From Epithemia pelagica (taxonomy: Eukaryota; Protista; Bacillariophyta), in contig OX337233.1 in assembly GCA_946965045.2 (NCBI GenBank), positions 992,001 to 1,056,000 of the forward strand: a stretch of 64,000 nt of DNA. Reading direction: 5' to 3'. Positions 1 through 9,489 of the stretch are shown here, piece after piece. Position 1 is the first letter of the stretch. Every line of letters starts with the position of its first letter. Both the position numbers and the translations under genes were made by a program. The notes beneath the pieces are model-generated. The model was given only the letters and a program-made list of their open reading frames with translations, ran no database searches and was not told the origin of the DNA.

Positions 1-321
1 TTTCGCATAACAAGAAAGAAGGGACAAATTGCTCGTGCGACGGTCGGTGATCTGGATTCGCTCTTTCATCCGCTTTGGAAGCGGGTTCAGCATCGCTTCC
101 CGGGGTTGATTGGCGACTACAGTGTTCGGCGATCTTTCAGGCGCGGCGCCACTACGGAAGCTCAAAACAGAAGAATTCCAAGAGAAGTCATTGAGATGAA
201 CAACCGCTGGAGAAAACACATCAAGGGAAGAGGCGTCCTTCCATCCATGAGCATGTTGGAAAGATACTCGGACGCAAAAGCCTCAGTGGAGGCGTTGGTC
301 AGGTTTTCCGAGCTTCTGTAA
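1..321 (+). CDS. Tyrosine recombinase, C-terminal part (5' end outside window)
   Basis: Frame 1 is open from base 1 to TAA 319-321. It reads ...YSVRRSFRRGATTEA...IEMNNRWRK...MSMLERYSD...LVRFSELL, matching the box II (H/R)xxR-type motif, the conserved W and the catalytic Tyr of retroelement tyrosine recombinases. Confidence 0.8.
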   Translation, partial: FRITRKKGQIARATVGDLDSLFHPLWKRVQHRFPGLIGDYSVRRSFRRGATTEAQNRRIPREVIEMNNRWRKHIKGRGVLPSMSMLERYSDAKASVEALVRFSELL

Positions 322-403
322 CTTTGAGATCGACGATCAGGAAAAAGAATGAAAGAAGTATGAGTGGTAAAAGAGGAGGAACGAAGATGGAACGACCACA
401 CGG

Positions 404-818
404 GGAGAAGACTCGGCTATACCTCTTACGGGGACAGCCTAGGTCGCTTGTGTCTGTCAGCTTGTCTGTTTGATGGGATGGGGATTCCTCTCCTGGTTGG
501 TATGTCGAGGTGTGGCAACCTTGACATGCTGACTATCCATTTCTTGCGATGATGATTTCGAAGATTTGGGCTCACTATGTGAGTAAATGGAGGGGGGTCT
601 CTAACCTAGATACACACTCGCACGCAGTCAACACGGATAGCAGATTCTGGAGATCTGCGACCGTGGCGCGATTCCGGATCCCCCCCGAAAATGGGATATG
701 GGTGGGGGGCCTAAACCCCCCCAGTGTTGGTTAAGTAATATCTTAATACTATATTATGTGAACAAGGACGAATGGGATTGATTGGTGCACGTGTCGTGAC
801 GAATGAGGATGAAGTACC
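404..818 (+). repeat. Direct repeat B1 (415 bp)
   Basis: Runs ggagaagactcggctatacc...gatgaagtacc. Nearly identical to 1063-1483, which differs by a 5-bp insertion (ttatg), one extra C and at least one substitution. Confidence 0.95.
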
Positions 819-1062
819 GCATCGTACCGCCCCCGGTCAAGAAGGGACCGACGGACGAACGAGGAACGGACATTGCACCCAAAGAAGATCCCAAGAGGTT
901 TGCAAGGCTACGTCGACGTTTGTTGGGATAGTCAGAATGACTACTCCCAACAAACAAACTTGGACGATTCATAAATCGTCAGAAAGAAGGGTTGAACGGG
1001 TCACCAAGGATCTGATCACCCATTGGTTCTGTGATTCTCTTCTTTCGCCCACCCGCCCGCCC

Positions 1063-1483
1063 GGAGAAGACTCGGCTATACCTCTTACGGGGACAGCCTA
1101 GGTCGCTTGTGTCTGTCAGCTTGTCTGTTTGATGGGATGGGGATTCCTCTCCTTGTTGGTATGTCGAGGTGTGGCAACCTTGACATGCTGACTATCCATT
1201 TCTTGCGATGATGATTTCGAAGATTTGGGCTCACTATGTTATGTGAGTAAATGGAGGGGGGTCTCTAACCTAGATACACACTCGCACGCAGTCAACACGG
1301 ATAGCAGATTCTGGAGATCTGCGACCGTGGCGCGATTCCGGATCCCCCCCGAAAATGGGATATGGGTGGGGGGCCTAAACCCCCCCCAGTGTTGGTTAAG
1401 TAATATCTTAATACTATATTATGTGAACAAGGACGAATGGGATTGATTGGTGCACGTGTCGTGACGAATGAGGATGAAGTACC
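1063..1483 (+). repeat. Direct repeat B2 (421 bp)
   Basis: Second copy of 404-818. Confidence 0.95.
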
Positions 1484-1626
1484 CAAAGTCAACACCAGAC
1501 ATATGTATTGTTAAGTGAATTCGGGATGAATGCCTTGTCCTTTCTGTGTCACATTGCGATCTTTCTGGTTGTATATACTGCGAAAACAGGAACTTGCATC
1601 CGAGAAAGAGATGCCCGTCAGATCCA

Positions 1627-1736
1627 TGACGTCACATTGCTTTCGTCATCTGCCAGATTCCGAACATGTACACAACTTTCTATAGTAAACCAGACCACAT
1701 CTTTCAGTCGCTCCACATCGTCCATGGCTGACGTCA
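1627..1736. promoter_or_regulatory. Two perfect CRE/CCRE-type palindromes (TGACGTCA) upstream of SLC4
   Basis: TGACGTCA at 1627-1634 and 1729-1736, about 285 and 183 bp before the SLC4 ATG. TGACGT/ACGTCA are the CO2/cAMP-responsive elements described for the Phaeodactylum ptca1 promoter. Confidence 0.55.
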
Positions 1737-1918
1737 ACAACATCAAAAGTTGCCACCTTTTGCACCAAGATCCAATTACGAAACTCTGGCTCTCATTTTC
1801 TGATCTCACAATCGAAATTGACAACAAAGTTTGCAATCAGAAACCAAGTCGACACAAGGCCGACCCCTTCATTTTTTGATACTAAAGACACACAAGGTTC
1901 ATACTTCCGATTCGAATC

Positions 1919-3955
1919 ATGTCGCCTCAAAACGTAACAGAACCCGAGCTCAGCAAGGAAGAAATCCAAGACGAAGATAGCAGCTATGGCAAGCAAACCG
2001 AGAAGACGATGCGCATGGCCCCTCCTCCCACCAACGCTCAATTGGTCCCCGATGCTGGAAAAGTGCACATGGACGAGGCTCAAATGTGGGGAACGGGTAT
2101 CATTGCGGATATCAAGCGAACTGTTGGTACTCATTGGGTTGAAGAAGTTACCAACTTTAATCAAAAGACCGTCGCGGTCACCCTTCTGATTTTTATCTCT
2201 GTCATTGCACCGACATTGACATTTGGTGCCGTCTACGGCAAGGAAACCGACAACAAGATTGGAGCTGTGGAAACCATTCTCGCTACGTCTTGGGTTGGTG
2301 TTGTATACGCTTTGATTGGTGGTATGCCACTCGTAAGTATTGAAACTTCTTTCGGCGAAATATCAGTCAAGTTGACGACGTATCTAACAACCTATGCCTA
2401 CACATGTTTTGTTCCTACTACAGTGCATTATTGGATCGACTGGACCAGTGATTGCCTTCACCAAGGCCGTTGTCCGCATTGCCGAAAACATTGACGTGCC
2501 CTTTTTGACCTTCAACGCCTGGATTTCTTGCTGGTTGCTCTTTTACTGTGTCACCGCGGCCTTTTTCGACTTGACTCGCATTGTTCGATTGGCCACTCGC
2601 TTTACCGATGAGATTTTTGCCTTTTTGATTGTGACCATCTTTGTCTTTGACGCTGTGGGTGATCCCTTTTCCGACGTTGGTATCCTTCGCTACTTTGACC
2701 CGAACCACAAGTCGCATGAAGATTACCAAGATGACGAGGACTACAACTACATGGAAGTGGCGTTGTTGAGCACAATTCTTGGTTTTGGTACCACAGCACT
2801 CATCTTTTTGTTCCGTAGTTTCAAGGACTCGTCCTTCTTTTGCAATCAAGGTATGCGGTCGTCAATTCATGACTTTGCCGTGTCCATGTCGGTGTTGCTT
2901 ATGACAGCGATTAATGAGTTTCTGTTCCCGAATGTGGAAACCGAAGGTTTGAATGTCCCTGATCGGTTTGAACCGACATTCCAGTGCTGCGACAGTACTT
3001 GTGAGACGTTCTTCCCTGACGACTGTCCTGATCAGGAGGAAGCTTTTGGATCTCGTGACTGGTTTGTGGACTTTTCGGATTTGAACGGCAAGGGCTGGGT
3101 CCCAATTGTGGCGGCTGGGCCTGCAATTCTGGCCTTTCTCCTTTGCTTTCTTGACAATGGGTGAGTGGTTGGATGTCACTAACAAAGAAAGTTCTATTTT
3201 GTCAATGCTCACATATATCTTGTTCTATTTCTTTCTTATTCAGTATCACCTGGCACTTGATCAACCACAAGAGTCACAATGTGAAGCACGGAGAAGCGTA
3301 CAACTACGATTTGTGCTTGAACGGATTCTTCAACTTTGTCAACGGTTGCCTTGGTCTTCCCTGGTTGGTGGCCACGACTGTTCCCTGCATCATCCACCTC
3401 AACAGTTTGGCCGAAAAGGACAAGGACGGAAAAATCCTCTCCGTTCAAGAGACTCGTTTGACCATGTTGTTTTCGCACATGATGGTTGGTTTGTCCTTGT
3501 TGGTGTTGAATGTGCTGCAATTGTTGCCCATGCCCGTCTTGTATGGTGTGTTTTTGTTCATGGGATTGTCGGCTCTGCCTGCCATGCAATTTTGGAACCG
3601 CATGTTGTTGTGGTTCCAACAACCCAGCTTGTATCCCGATACGGTCTTTAACCGATACATGAACAAGGGCAAAGTGCACCTTTACACTGTGCTCCAAGTG
3701 TTCTTTTTTGGATTGGTGTTTTTGGTGCAGAACATGTCTGCCATTTCGATCATCTTTCCGCTCATGACGTTGTTGTGTATTCCGGCACGTCTCTTTTTCC
3801 TGCCTCGCTTCTTTGAAGGCTGGGAGTTGCTCTTGTTGGATGGAGATGACGAAGACATTAAGGAATGGACGAACCGGAAACGTCGCGCCATGCATTCTCT
3901 ACGCTTTGCCGATGTCGATGAAGAAGAGGATGATGAAATGCTCGAAGATGCATAA
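1919..3955 (+). CDS. SLC4: SLC4-family bicarbonate transporter; exons 1919-2332, 2424-3160, 3244-3955
   Basis: Motifs IAPTLTFGAVYG, IIGSTGP, TRFTDEIFAFLI, FLDNGIT, ETRLT, PMPVLYGVFLFMG and IIFPL. GT-AG introns 2333-2423 and 3161-3243 join the three ORFs in frame. There is no large N-terminal cytoplasmic domain. Confidence 0.93.
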
Positions 3956-4418
3956 TAATACACAAAAAGTTAGAAGAAGGATAATGACAAGACAGCAGGA
4001 TTTCCTGTGCACATACCAAACGATTGTGTCACCTTCCTCTAGGATCCAAAATTGCCTCTCTCGTGTCCTACTAAAAGGGACACGCTTTTTGTCCATTCGT
4101 CTGTTGTGGCAAAGTGCGCCACCACACGAACAAAAACCAGAATAAAAATACGACCATTGACAGGTTTTCAGAAGCGCAGAGGCCACGTTGGCAAACCAAA
4201 AGCACACACTAAACGACAGGACGTGACACAAACCAACAAAACCCATACCAAGAATAGATTCAAATGCATGTTGAATACTATTAGAGGACGAATACATACA
4301 AGAATGGAGTTTCTCAAGTATCTCGGTAAAAGGACTGGTAGTCAAGTATCTATATTGTCTTTCATAGACTAGAATACGACTCTTATGTGGTTTCATGTGA
4401 AGCGTCAGCTTCTATGTA

Positions 4419-6227
4419 TTATCGTGCCGCATGCGCGACACTGACCCCATTCATGAGTCGATTGTGTTTCTTATCCATGCGATTGATATTCGTTTTGGTT
4501 TTTTGATACAATCGATGTCCTTGATCGTGTTGACGACGTTGTTTGCGGACGGCCGCACGGTATCGATAAATAGAGAATTGAGTGTAATACGGTGTTGTGG
4601 ACGACGACACGAGGCTGTGACTGTTGTTGTTGTGTCGAGTTAGTGCAGTCACTGTCGAGGACGGTGCCGAGCCATCGGACGGAGTGGCGGTCGCAGGCAC
4701 CAGCAATCCATGTCCTTGTCGTCCTTGTGCGGCACGAAGCAATCGTGCTTGAGAGGACAAGCGAGTCGTCGCAGTTGCAGAATGGGTCTCTTCGGGAAGT
4801 TGTACAATGCGTCCCTGATACAATCGATCGCGGGCTGCCGCACGGGCGGCTTGAACCGATTCTCGTTGCTGCGGTGTCGTCGAACCTGTCGTTCGTTGTT
4901 TGTAATAGCGTTGAAAGGATCGATGTCCAATAATTCGTCCATCGGGAAAAATCAATTCTCCCAAGGCTGTGACATCCAATCCCCAAGCTGCCACTTGTTG
5001 TTCGTATCCGGCATGAACGTCATCATCGTCATCGTCGTCCTCCATGTCATTTTCATTTTCCGACATGTCTTCCCATTCGTCGTCATCGTCCTCCTCCTCC
5101 ATGGCATGTATATCCTCTTTTTCCTCCTCCTCCTCCATGGCCGTTTCAGAGTCCTTTCGGTTGTTCGGTTTGTTCGTTGTTGGCAAAAATTCTTGATTGG
5201 CCTTTTCAAAATTATAAAAGACGGCCCATTCGTGCAAATCGACACCCTGTTGATAGGCCAATTTGCAATGTTGCACTTGTTTCATGTGGGATTGACACGC
5301 CGTGGCACTCCCAAAGACGCGTTGACAATACAAACAGGTATGGCCGACCTGAATTTTTTCGTGTGCATAACCAATCAAAGAGGGCAAATCATACAAGCAT
5401 TCCACGTCGGGCACAAAAAAGCCAAACTGGCGTTGCATATAGGCGACATTGTCTTGAACCGTCGCGGACACGTGTCCATCAAATAAGGAATGACAAGGAT
5501 CCAGTTGCAAGGCCACTTGTTCTCGACGTTCCTGAACTTGACGAGTCACAGCATCCAGATCCATTTCCTCAGTATTGGTTTCGTCAGTTTCCTGAGAAAG
5601 TTTATGGTCTTCTTCCTTTGTGGTTGTCTGTATTTCGTGTTCGTTTTCGGGTTGCGGCGAGGCGTGCGCTGGTTCATCGTTTTGTTCTCGTTCTCGTCGT
5701 TGTTCCTTGATTCGTTGATAGGCCGGTGTTTGCGAAGACATGGTAGCCCCTCCCTCTTGTTGCTGCTGCTGATGTTTCTTGTGTTTGTGTTGTTGTTGTT
5801 GTTTTTGTTTGCGATGTTTCTTGCCCTTTTTGTGGTTCGAGTCGTCTTCTTGGAGGGCTTCTTGGGCCGCCGTCCATCGCGCTTGAAAATCAGGTTCCAA
5901 CAAAGGTGGCAATCCAGCTTGACGGCGTTTCACATTGTAGGTATGCCAGGGAGATTTGTAATGTTGGGCCAATTCGGCACGACTGCCAAAGACCTTGCCG
6001 GGAGCTGTCGTGGACGTTAATTGAGGAAGGACGGTATCGTCTTGTGGATCCGCTGTCTGGATGCCTGGATCGTTTGTCGATGCCATGTCCATGTTGATGG
6101 TGGTGGTAGTGTAGGAGGAAGACGACGAACTGGGAGGAGGAACGGCCGCAGACGTGGTAGCCATCATCATCATGGTCGCGAAAATACGGGTGGAGAAACG
6201 AGCCACTGTCGGACGACGGTCTGACAT
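4419..6227 (-). CDS. REI1: REI1/ZNF622-like pre-60S ribosome maturation factor (C2H2 zinc fingers)
   Basis: Motifs HYKSPWHTYNVKRRQAGLPPL, CHSLFD, MQRQFGFFVPD, CLYCQRVF...CQSHMKQVQHCKL and GELIFPDGRIIGHRSFQRYYKQR. The exact start is uncertain (ATG 6227 or the later MDMAST). Confidence 0.88.
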   Translation of the reverse strand: MSDRRPTVARFSTRIFATMMMMATTSAAVPPPSSSSSSYTTTTINMDMASTNDPGIQTADPQDDTVLPQLTSTTAPGKVFGSRAELAQHYKSPWHTYNVKRRQAGLPPLLEPDFQARWTAAQEALQEDDSNHKKGKKHRKQKQQQQHKHKKHQQQQQEGGATMSSQTPAYQRIKEQRREREQNDEPAHASPQPENEHEIQTTTKEEDHKLSQETDETNTEEMDLDAVTRQVQERREQVALQLDPCHSLFDGHVSATVQDNVAYMQRQFGFFVPDVECLYDLPSLIGYAHEKIQVGHTCLYCQRVFGSATACQSHMKQVQHCKLAYQQGVDLHEWAVFYNFEKANQEFLPTTNKPNNRKDSETAMEEEEEKEDIHAMEEEDDDDEWEDMSENENDMEDDDDDDDVHAGYEQQVAAWGLDVTALGELIFPDGRIIGHRSFQRYYKQRTTGSTTPQQRESVQAARAAARDRLYQGRIVQLPEETHSATATTRLSSQARLLRAAQGRQGHGLLVPATATPSDGSAPSSTVTALTRHNNNSHSLVSSSTTPYYTQFSIYRYRAAVRKQRRQHDQGHRLYQKTKTNINRMDKKHNRLMNGVSVAHAAR

Positions 6228-6603
6228 GCCCAACGCGACTAACGTGGAATAAGAGCGATTAGATGTGCGTATGGGTCGCCCTTATGAAACGCCACGTGGG
6301 ATGCCAAAAGCGTGACACAAACATGGATGCGCGTTTCGACCTTCCAAAGAACCAAGATCTATCTACCATGGAGGATGGATGGCACAACAAAGCAAACCAT
6401 AATACACCACGACTACAAGCTTCCATCATTGGAGATCCTTGTAGACTCTTGACCTGACGACGAAGACAACGACAAACCGAACCCATCACGCGGAAGTAAC
6501 ACCTCGTACCAGCGACCACGACGACCACCATTCCTCCAAGCGTCGACCAAGCATGTTGGTGTCACGACGACAACCAAATCTTGGAACTGGTTCGGTTCGA
6601 AAG

Positions 6604-8937
6604 ATGATGATTCTATTGTGGTCGCTTTCCTCGTTTCAAGTGACGGAATCATCAATCCAATCGGAACAACGACAACAACAAGGAGGGGGAGGACTGGACA
6701 TGGTTCCTTCCCAAGACGACGACGACATGATGATGATGATGAAGCAGAAGCCTGCAAAACTTTTACAAGAGGAATGTCACCAAGACGACAAGCAAGGGCA
6801 GTGCCAAGTCGATTTTAACGAATCTGATTCACCAGTGACACAGCAAGAGCGTCGTCATCCTCCTCATCGTCATCCCTGGTTGGTGCAAGACGTGCCTCAT
6901 CCACAACAAGACCGTTTGGTTCCTACTGCTGCCAGCACCGATCCAAGCAAACAGCAGAGTCCATTGGACGAGTGGTGGAACCATGCTTGTCGGTCACCCT
7001 CATGGCAAGTCTGCGACCCCGATGGTCTCTTGTTGTTGTTGGGGAACCTTGATGGTAGTAGTTCCACCATCATCACCCCTGCGGACAATGATGACGAGGA
7101 CAATAAGGCCGACACTACAGATGAACCCAATAACTGGACATCGCACGAGCTCTACCAACAACTGGTACAGGTGTTGGAGCAGCCAAGAAAGATCTCTTCA
7201 CAGGACTTGAATGTAGTGGTTGGCCCCGACACGAGGAGCAAGAAGTCTCCGAATTCACAAAACCAACAAGAAGAACATGAAGCAAAACCAGAAGATGAGA
7301 ATGATTCATGGGTGGAGATTCAAATGGCGATTGCAGTGGTGGATCAGGTATGTCTAGTGGTGGTTGTTGTGTCAAGGAGTTTTGCTGGTTCTCGTGTCCT
7401 CGGCATTTCCGCATGCCTGGCTGAAATCCTGCCGACAGTATCTTTTCGTTCGTTTCTCTCCTTCTCATTGTCTGATTGGATGCGACTGTTTGTATTTTCT
7501 GCTTGTCGTGGTGGTTTAAATGTATCACCTCAGATGGATTTGACACCCTTTGCTTCGGTGCAGTCGGAGGAAGACGATTTGCAAGTGTCGGTGGCGGCCG
7601 AGTCTTTTGCGCAAACCTTGCACACCCAATGGGGTGTCGGTCACCAAGTGGAAGCACTCGGTGGTGGTACTGGTATACTCATGTTTCTTTCCCTGTCCGA
7701 TCGTGCCATCTATATTTCCTGTGGAGGAGCCTTGGACTCGCTCTTGACACCGGAACGCTTGTCGCAAGTAATCGAAGACCATTTCAAACCACACTTGCGC
7801 AATCACCATAACCATGAAAACAACAACAACGACCATGTTCTTGCGGCACTCCTTGCGACCATTCATGCCTTGGACTACTGCTTGCAAGAGGGACCACCGT
7901 CCTGGCTGGAACAAGCGGGAACCACCCTGGAAGACTTGCTGGCAGTGCTGATATGGGTGACTATCATGACTGTATCCATTGCCTGGAGTCGACGCCGACA
8001 AGTGGCGGAACGACGATCCTATGCCCAAGTGACACAGCACTTGAATGACTTGGACCGAGCACGTGCGCAAGCCTTGCAAGGACAATATCAAACCACGTCC
8101 TGTCCCATTTGTTTGGAACCCTTTGCCAATACATCATCGTCACAACAACCTCAATACTGTATACCCATTCCTTCCAATCATTCCGACGACCAAGACGGCT
8201 CCGCGATCCAAGCCCCGGGGCAAAACAGTGAACAAGAGAGCAACAATGAGGACGAACCGACGGATTCGCTTGAAACGGCTCTCTTACAAGAAGACAATGA
8301 CACCAATCCGTTCCCGTCGGTACAGGTTCGACCAGTCATGATTGGATCCGATGGACGTCCCGTTCAATTGTTACGATGTGGGCATGTCTTTGATGCAACC
8401 TGTTGGGAAGAATGGGCGGCCAGTGGACAAGGTCAAGTCCACAAATGTCCCATTTGTCAACAACCTGTAGGCCGTCCTCCCGCACAAGAACAAGCCCGCA
8501 ATCAACCACCACAAAACCGTACGCGTGGTACGATTGTCAGACACCAACCATCTGGACAAGACCAGGACGACACTTCCGGCTCCACTGCGAGAGAATCGCC
8601 ACCACAAGAACAAGGGGAGCCAGCACCCGCACAAGCACGACACCAAGCTCTGCGACAGTACAATTTTGAACGACAGTTTCGATTGGCTCGACTGGCGAGG
8701 CGATATCCCCAATATATTGGATCGCGACAACTTCAGCAATGGACACAAAGTAACTATCACGGGTCCCTGGCACGAGATCCTTCCTTTGTGCAACGAGATC
8801 CATCCCTTCGAGATCAACAACAAGGACAACAGAGATCGAATTGGCACTCGACGAGTGGCAGTCGTCCTTCCTTTCGTGGCGGTGGAAGTGTCTTTGGAGG
8901 GGGAACCAGTGGAGGAGGACGGGGTGGTCGATGGTGA
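6604..8937 (+). CDS. Membrane protein with TPM (MOLO1/TLP18.3-like) domain, TM helix, RING finger and Gly-rich tail; probable intron 7348-7533
   Basis: Motifs VCDPDGLL, FAQTLHTQWGVG...GILMFLSLSDRAIYISCG, TM segment LLAVLIWVTIMTVSIAW, CPIC...CGHVFDATC...CPIC and C-terminal GGGTSGGGRGGRW. The intron has cag|gtatgt and cag|atg boundaries. Confidence 0.8.
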   Translation: MMILLWSLSSFQVTESSIQSEQRQQQGGGGLDMVPSQDDDDMMMMMKQKPAKLLQEECHQDDKQGQCQVDFNESDSPVTQQERRHPPHRHPWLVQDVPHPQQDRLVPTAASTDPSKQQSPLDEWWNHACRSPSWQVCDPDGLLLLLGNLDGSSSTIITPADNDDEDNKADTTDEPNNWTSHELYQQLVQVLEQPRKISSQDLNVVVGPDTRSKKSPNSQNQQEEHEAKPEDENDSWVEIQMAIAVVDQVCLVVVVVSRSFAGSRVLGISACLAEILPTVSFRSFLSFSLSDWMRLFVFSACRGGLNVSPQMDLTPFASVQSEEDDLQVSVAAESFAQTLHTQWGVGHQVEALGGGTGILMFLSLSDRAIYISCGGALDSLLTPERLSQVIEDHFKPHLRNHHNHENNNNDHVLAALLATIHALDYCLQEGPPSWLEQAGTTLEDLLAVLIWVTIMTVSIAWSRRRQVAERRSYAQVTQHLNDLDRARAQALQGQYQTTSCPICLEPFANTSSSQQPQYCIPIPSNHSDDQDGSAIQAPGQNSEQESNNEDEPTDSLETALLQEDNDTNPFPSVQVRPVMIGSDGRPVQLLRCGHVFDATCWEEWAASGQGQVHKCPICQQPVGRPPAQEQARNQPPQNRTRGTIVRHQPSGQDQDDTSGSTARESPPQEQGEPAPAQARHQALRQYNFERQFRLARLARRYPQYIGSRQLQQWTQSNYHGSLARDPSFVQRDPSLRDQQQGQQRSNWHSTSGSRPSFRGGGSVFGGGTSGGGRGGRW

Positions 8938-9007
8938 ACCAAATGCATGGAACCTCTCTATGGCGATGCATCATTTGTGATGTTCTCCTTGAAACTGATA
9001 TAGAACC

Positions 9008-9280
9008 GAAGAATGAAATGTGATAACTATCTAGATATCGATCCGACGCAACTATGCTTCATTATTTGTAGCTCATCCCCTCATCTTGTGCTAGCAGGAG
9101 CATACTCCCCACTCTGCGTTGTTCCTTGTTCTGAGTTATTCTTCTTGCAAGTGATCTATAGAACAGAAGAATGAAATGCGATAACTATGACCAGAGAGAC
9201 GATATCATCGTGTTCCGATCGATCCGACGCAACTATGCTTCATTTTTCATTTGCCCTCATATTGTGCTAGCAGGAGAATG
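9008..9280 (+). repeat. Diverged tandem duplication in the 3' flank of the TPM-RING gene
   Basis: gaagaatgaaatg(t/c)gataactat...cgatccgacgcaactatgcttcatt...ttgtgctagcaggag occurs twice (about 9008-9100 and 9166-9278). Related blocks recur near 57050 and 61915. Confidence 0.7.
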
Positions 9281-9489
9281 GTGTATGTCCGTCGTCCGTT
9301 ATTGTATCTCTTAGATAGGGAGTACCATCTCTGCGCCCATTTGGCCCAACAACCGAAAATAATTTTTGGCGGTGCGCCGTGCGCCGTCTAACGTCCAACG
9401 GTCTGTCGTTTTCTCTCATGACATGACGATGATGACATGTGTGGCTACCGTTGTCGTCCCCATATATTCTGCAATACCAATACTGACAC

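Larger units (their letters stand above)
1..1483 (+). mobile_element. 3' end of a tyrosine-recombinase retroelement with split direct repeats (Ngaro-like, B1-A2-B2)
   Basis: The YR ORF is followed by a repeat (404-818), a unique 244-bp block (819-1062) and a second copy of the repeat (1063-1483). This is the 3' layout of Ngaro elements (A1-ORFs-B1-A2-B2). The A1 copy would lie outside the window, so it is unverified. Confidence 0.7.

Noticed and set aside
4431-8980. Numerous 60-260 aa ORFs overlapping REI1, TPM-RING and SLC4 on other frames or strands
   Set aside because: They are shadow ORFs of real genes with low-complexity codon use and no recognisable motifs.
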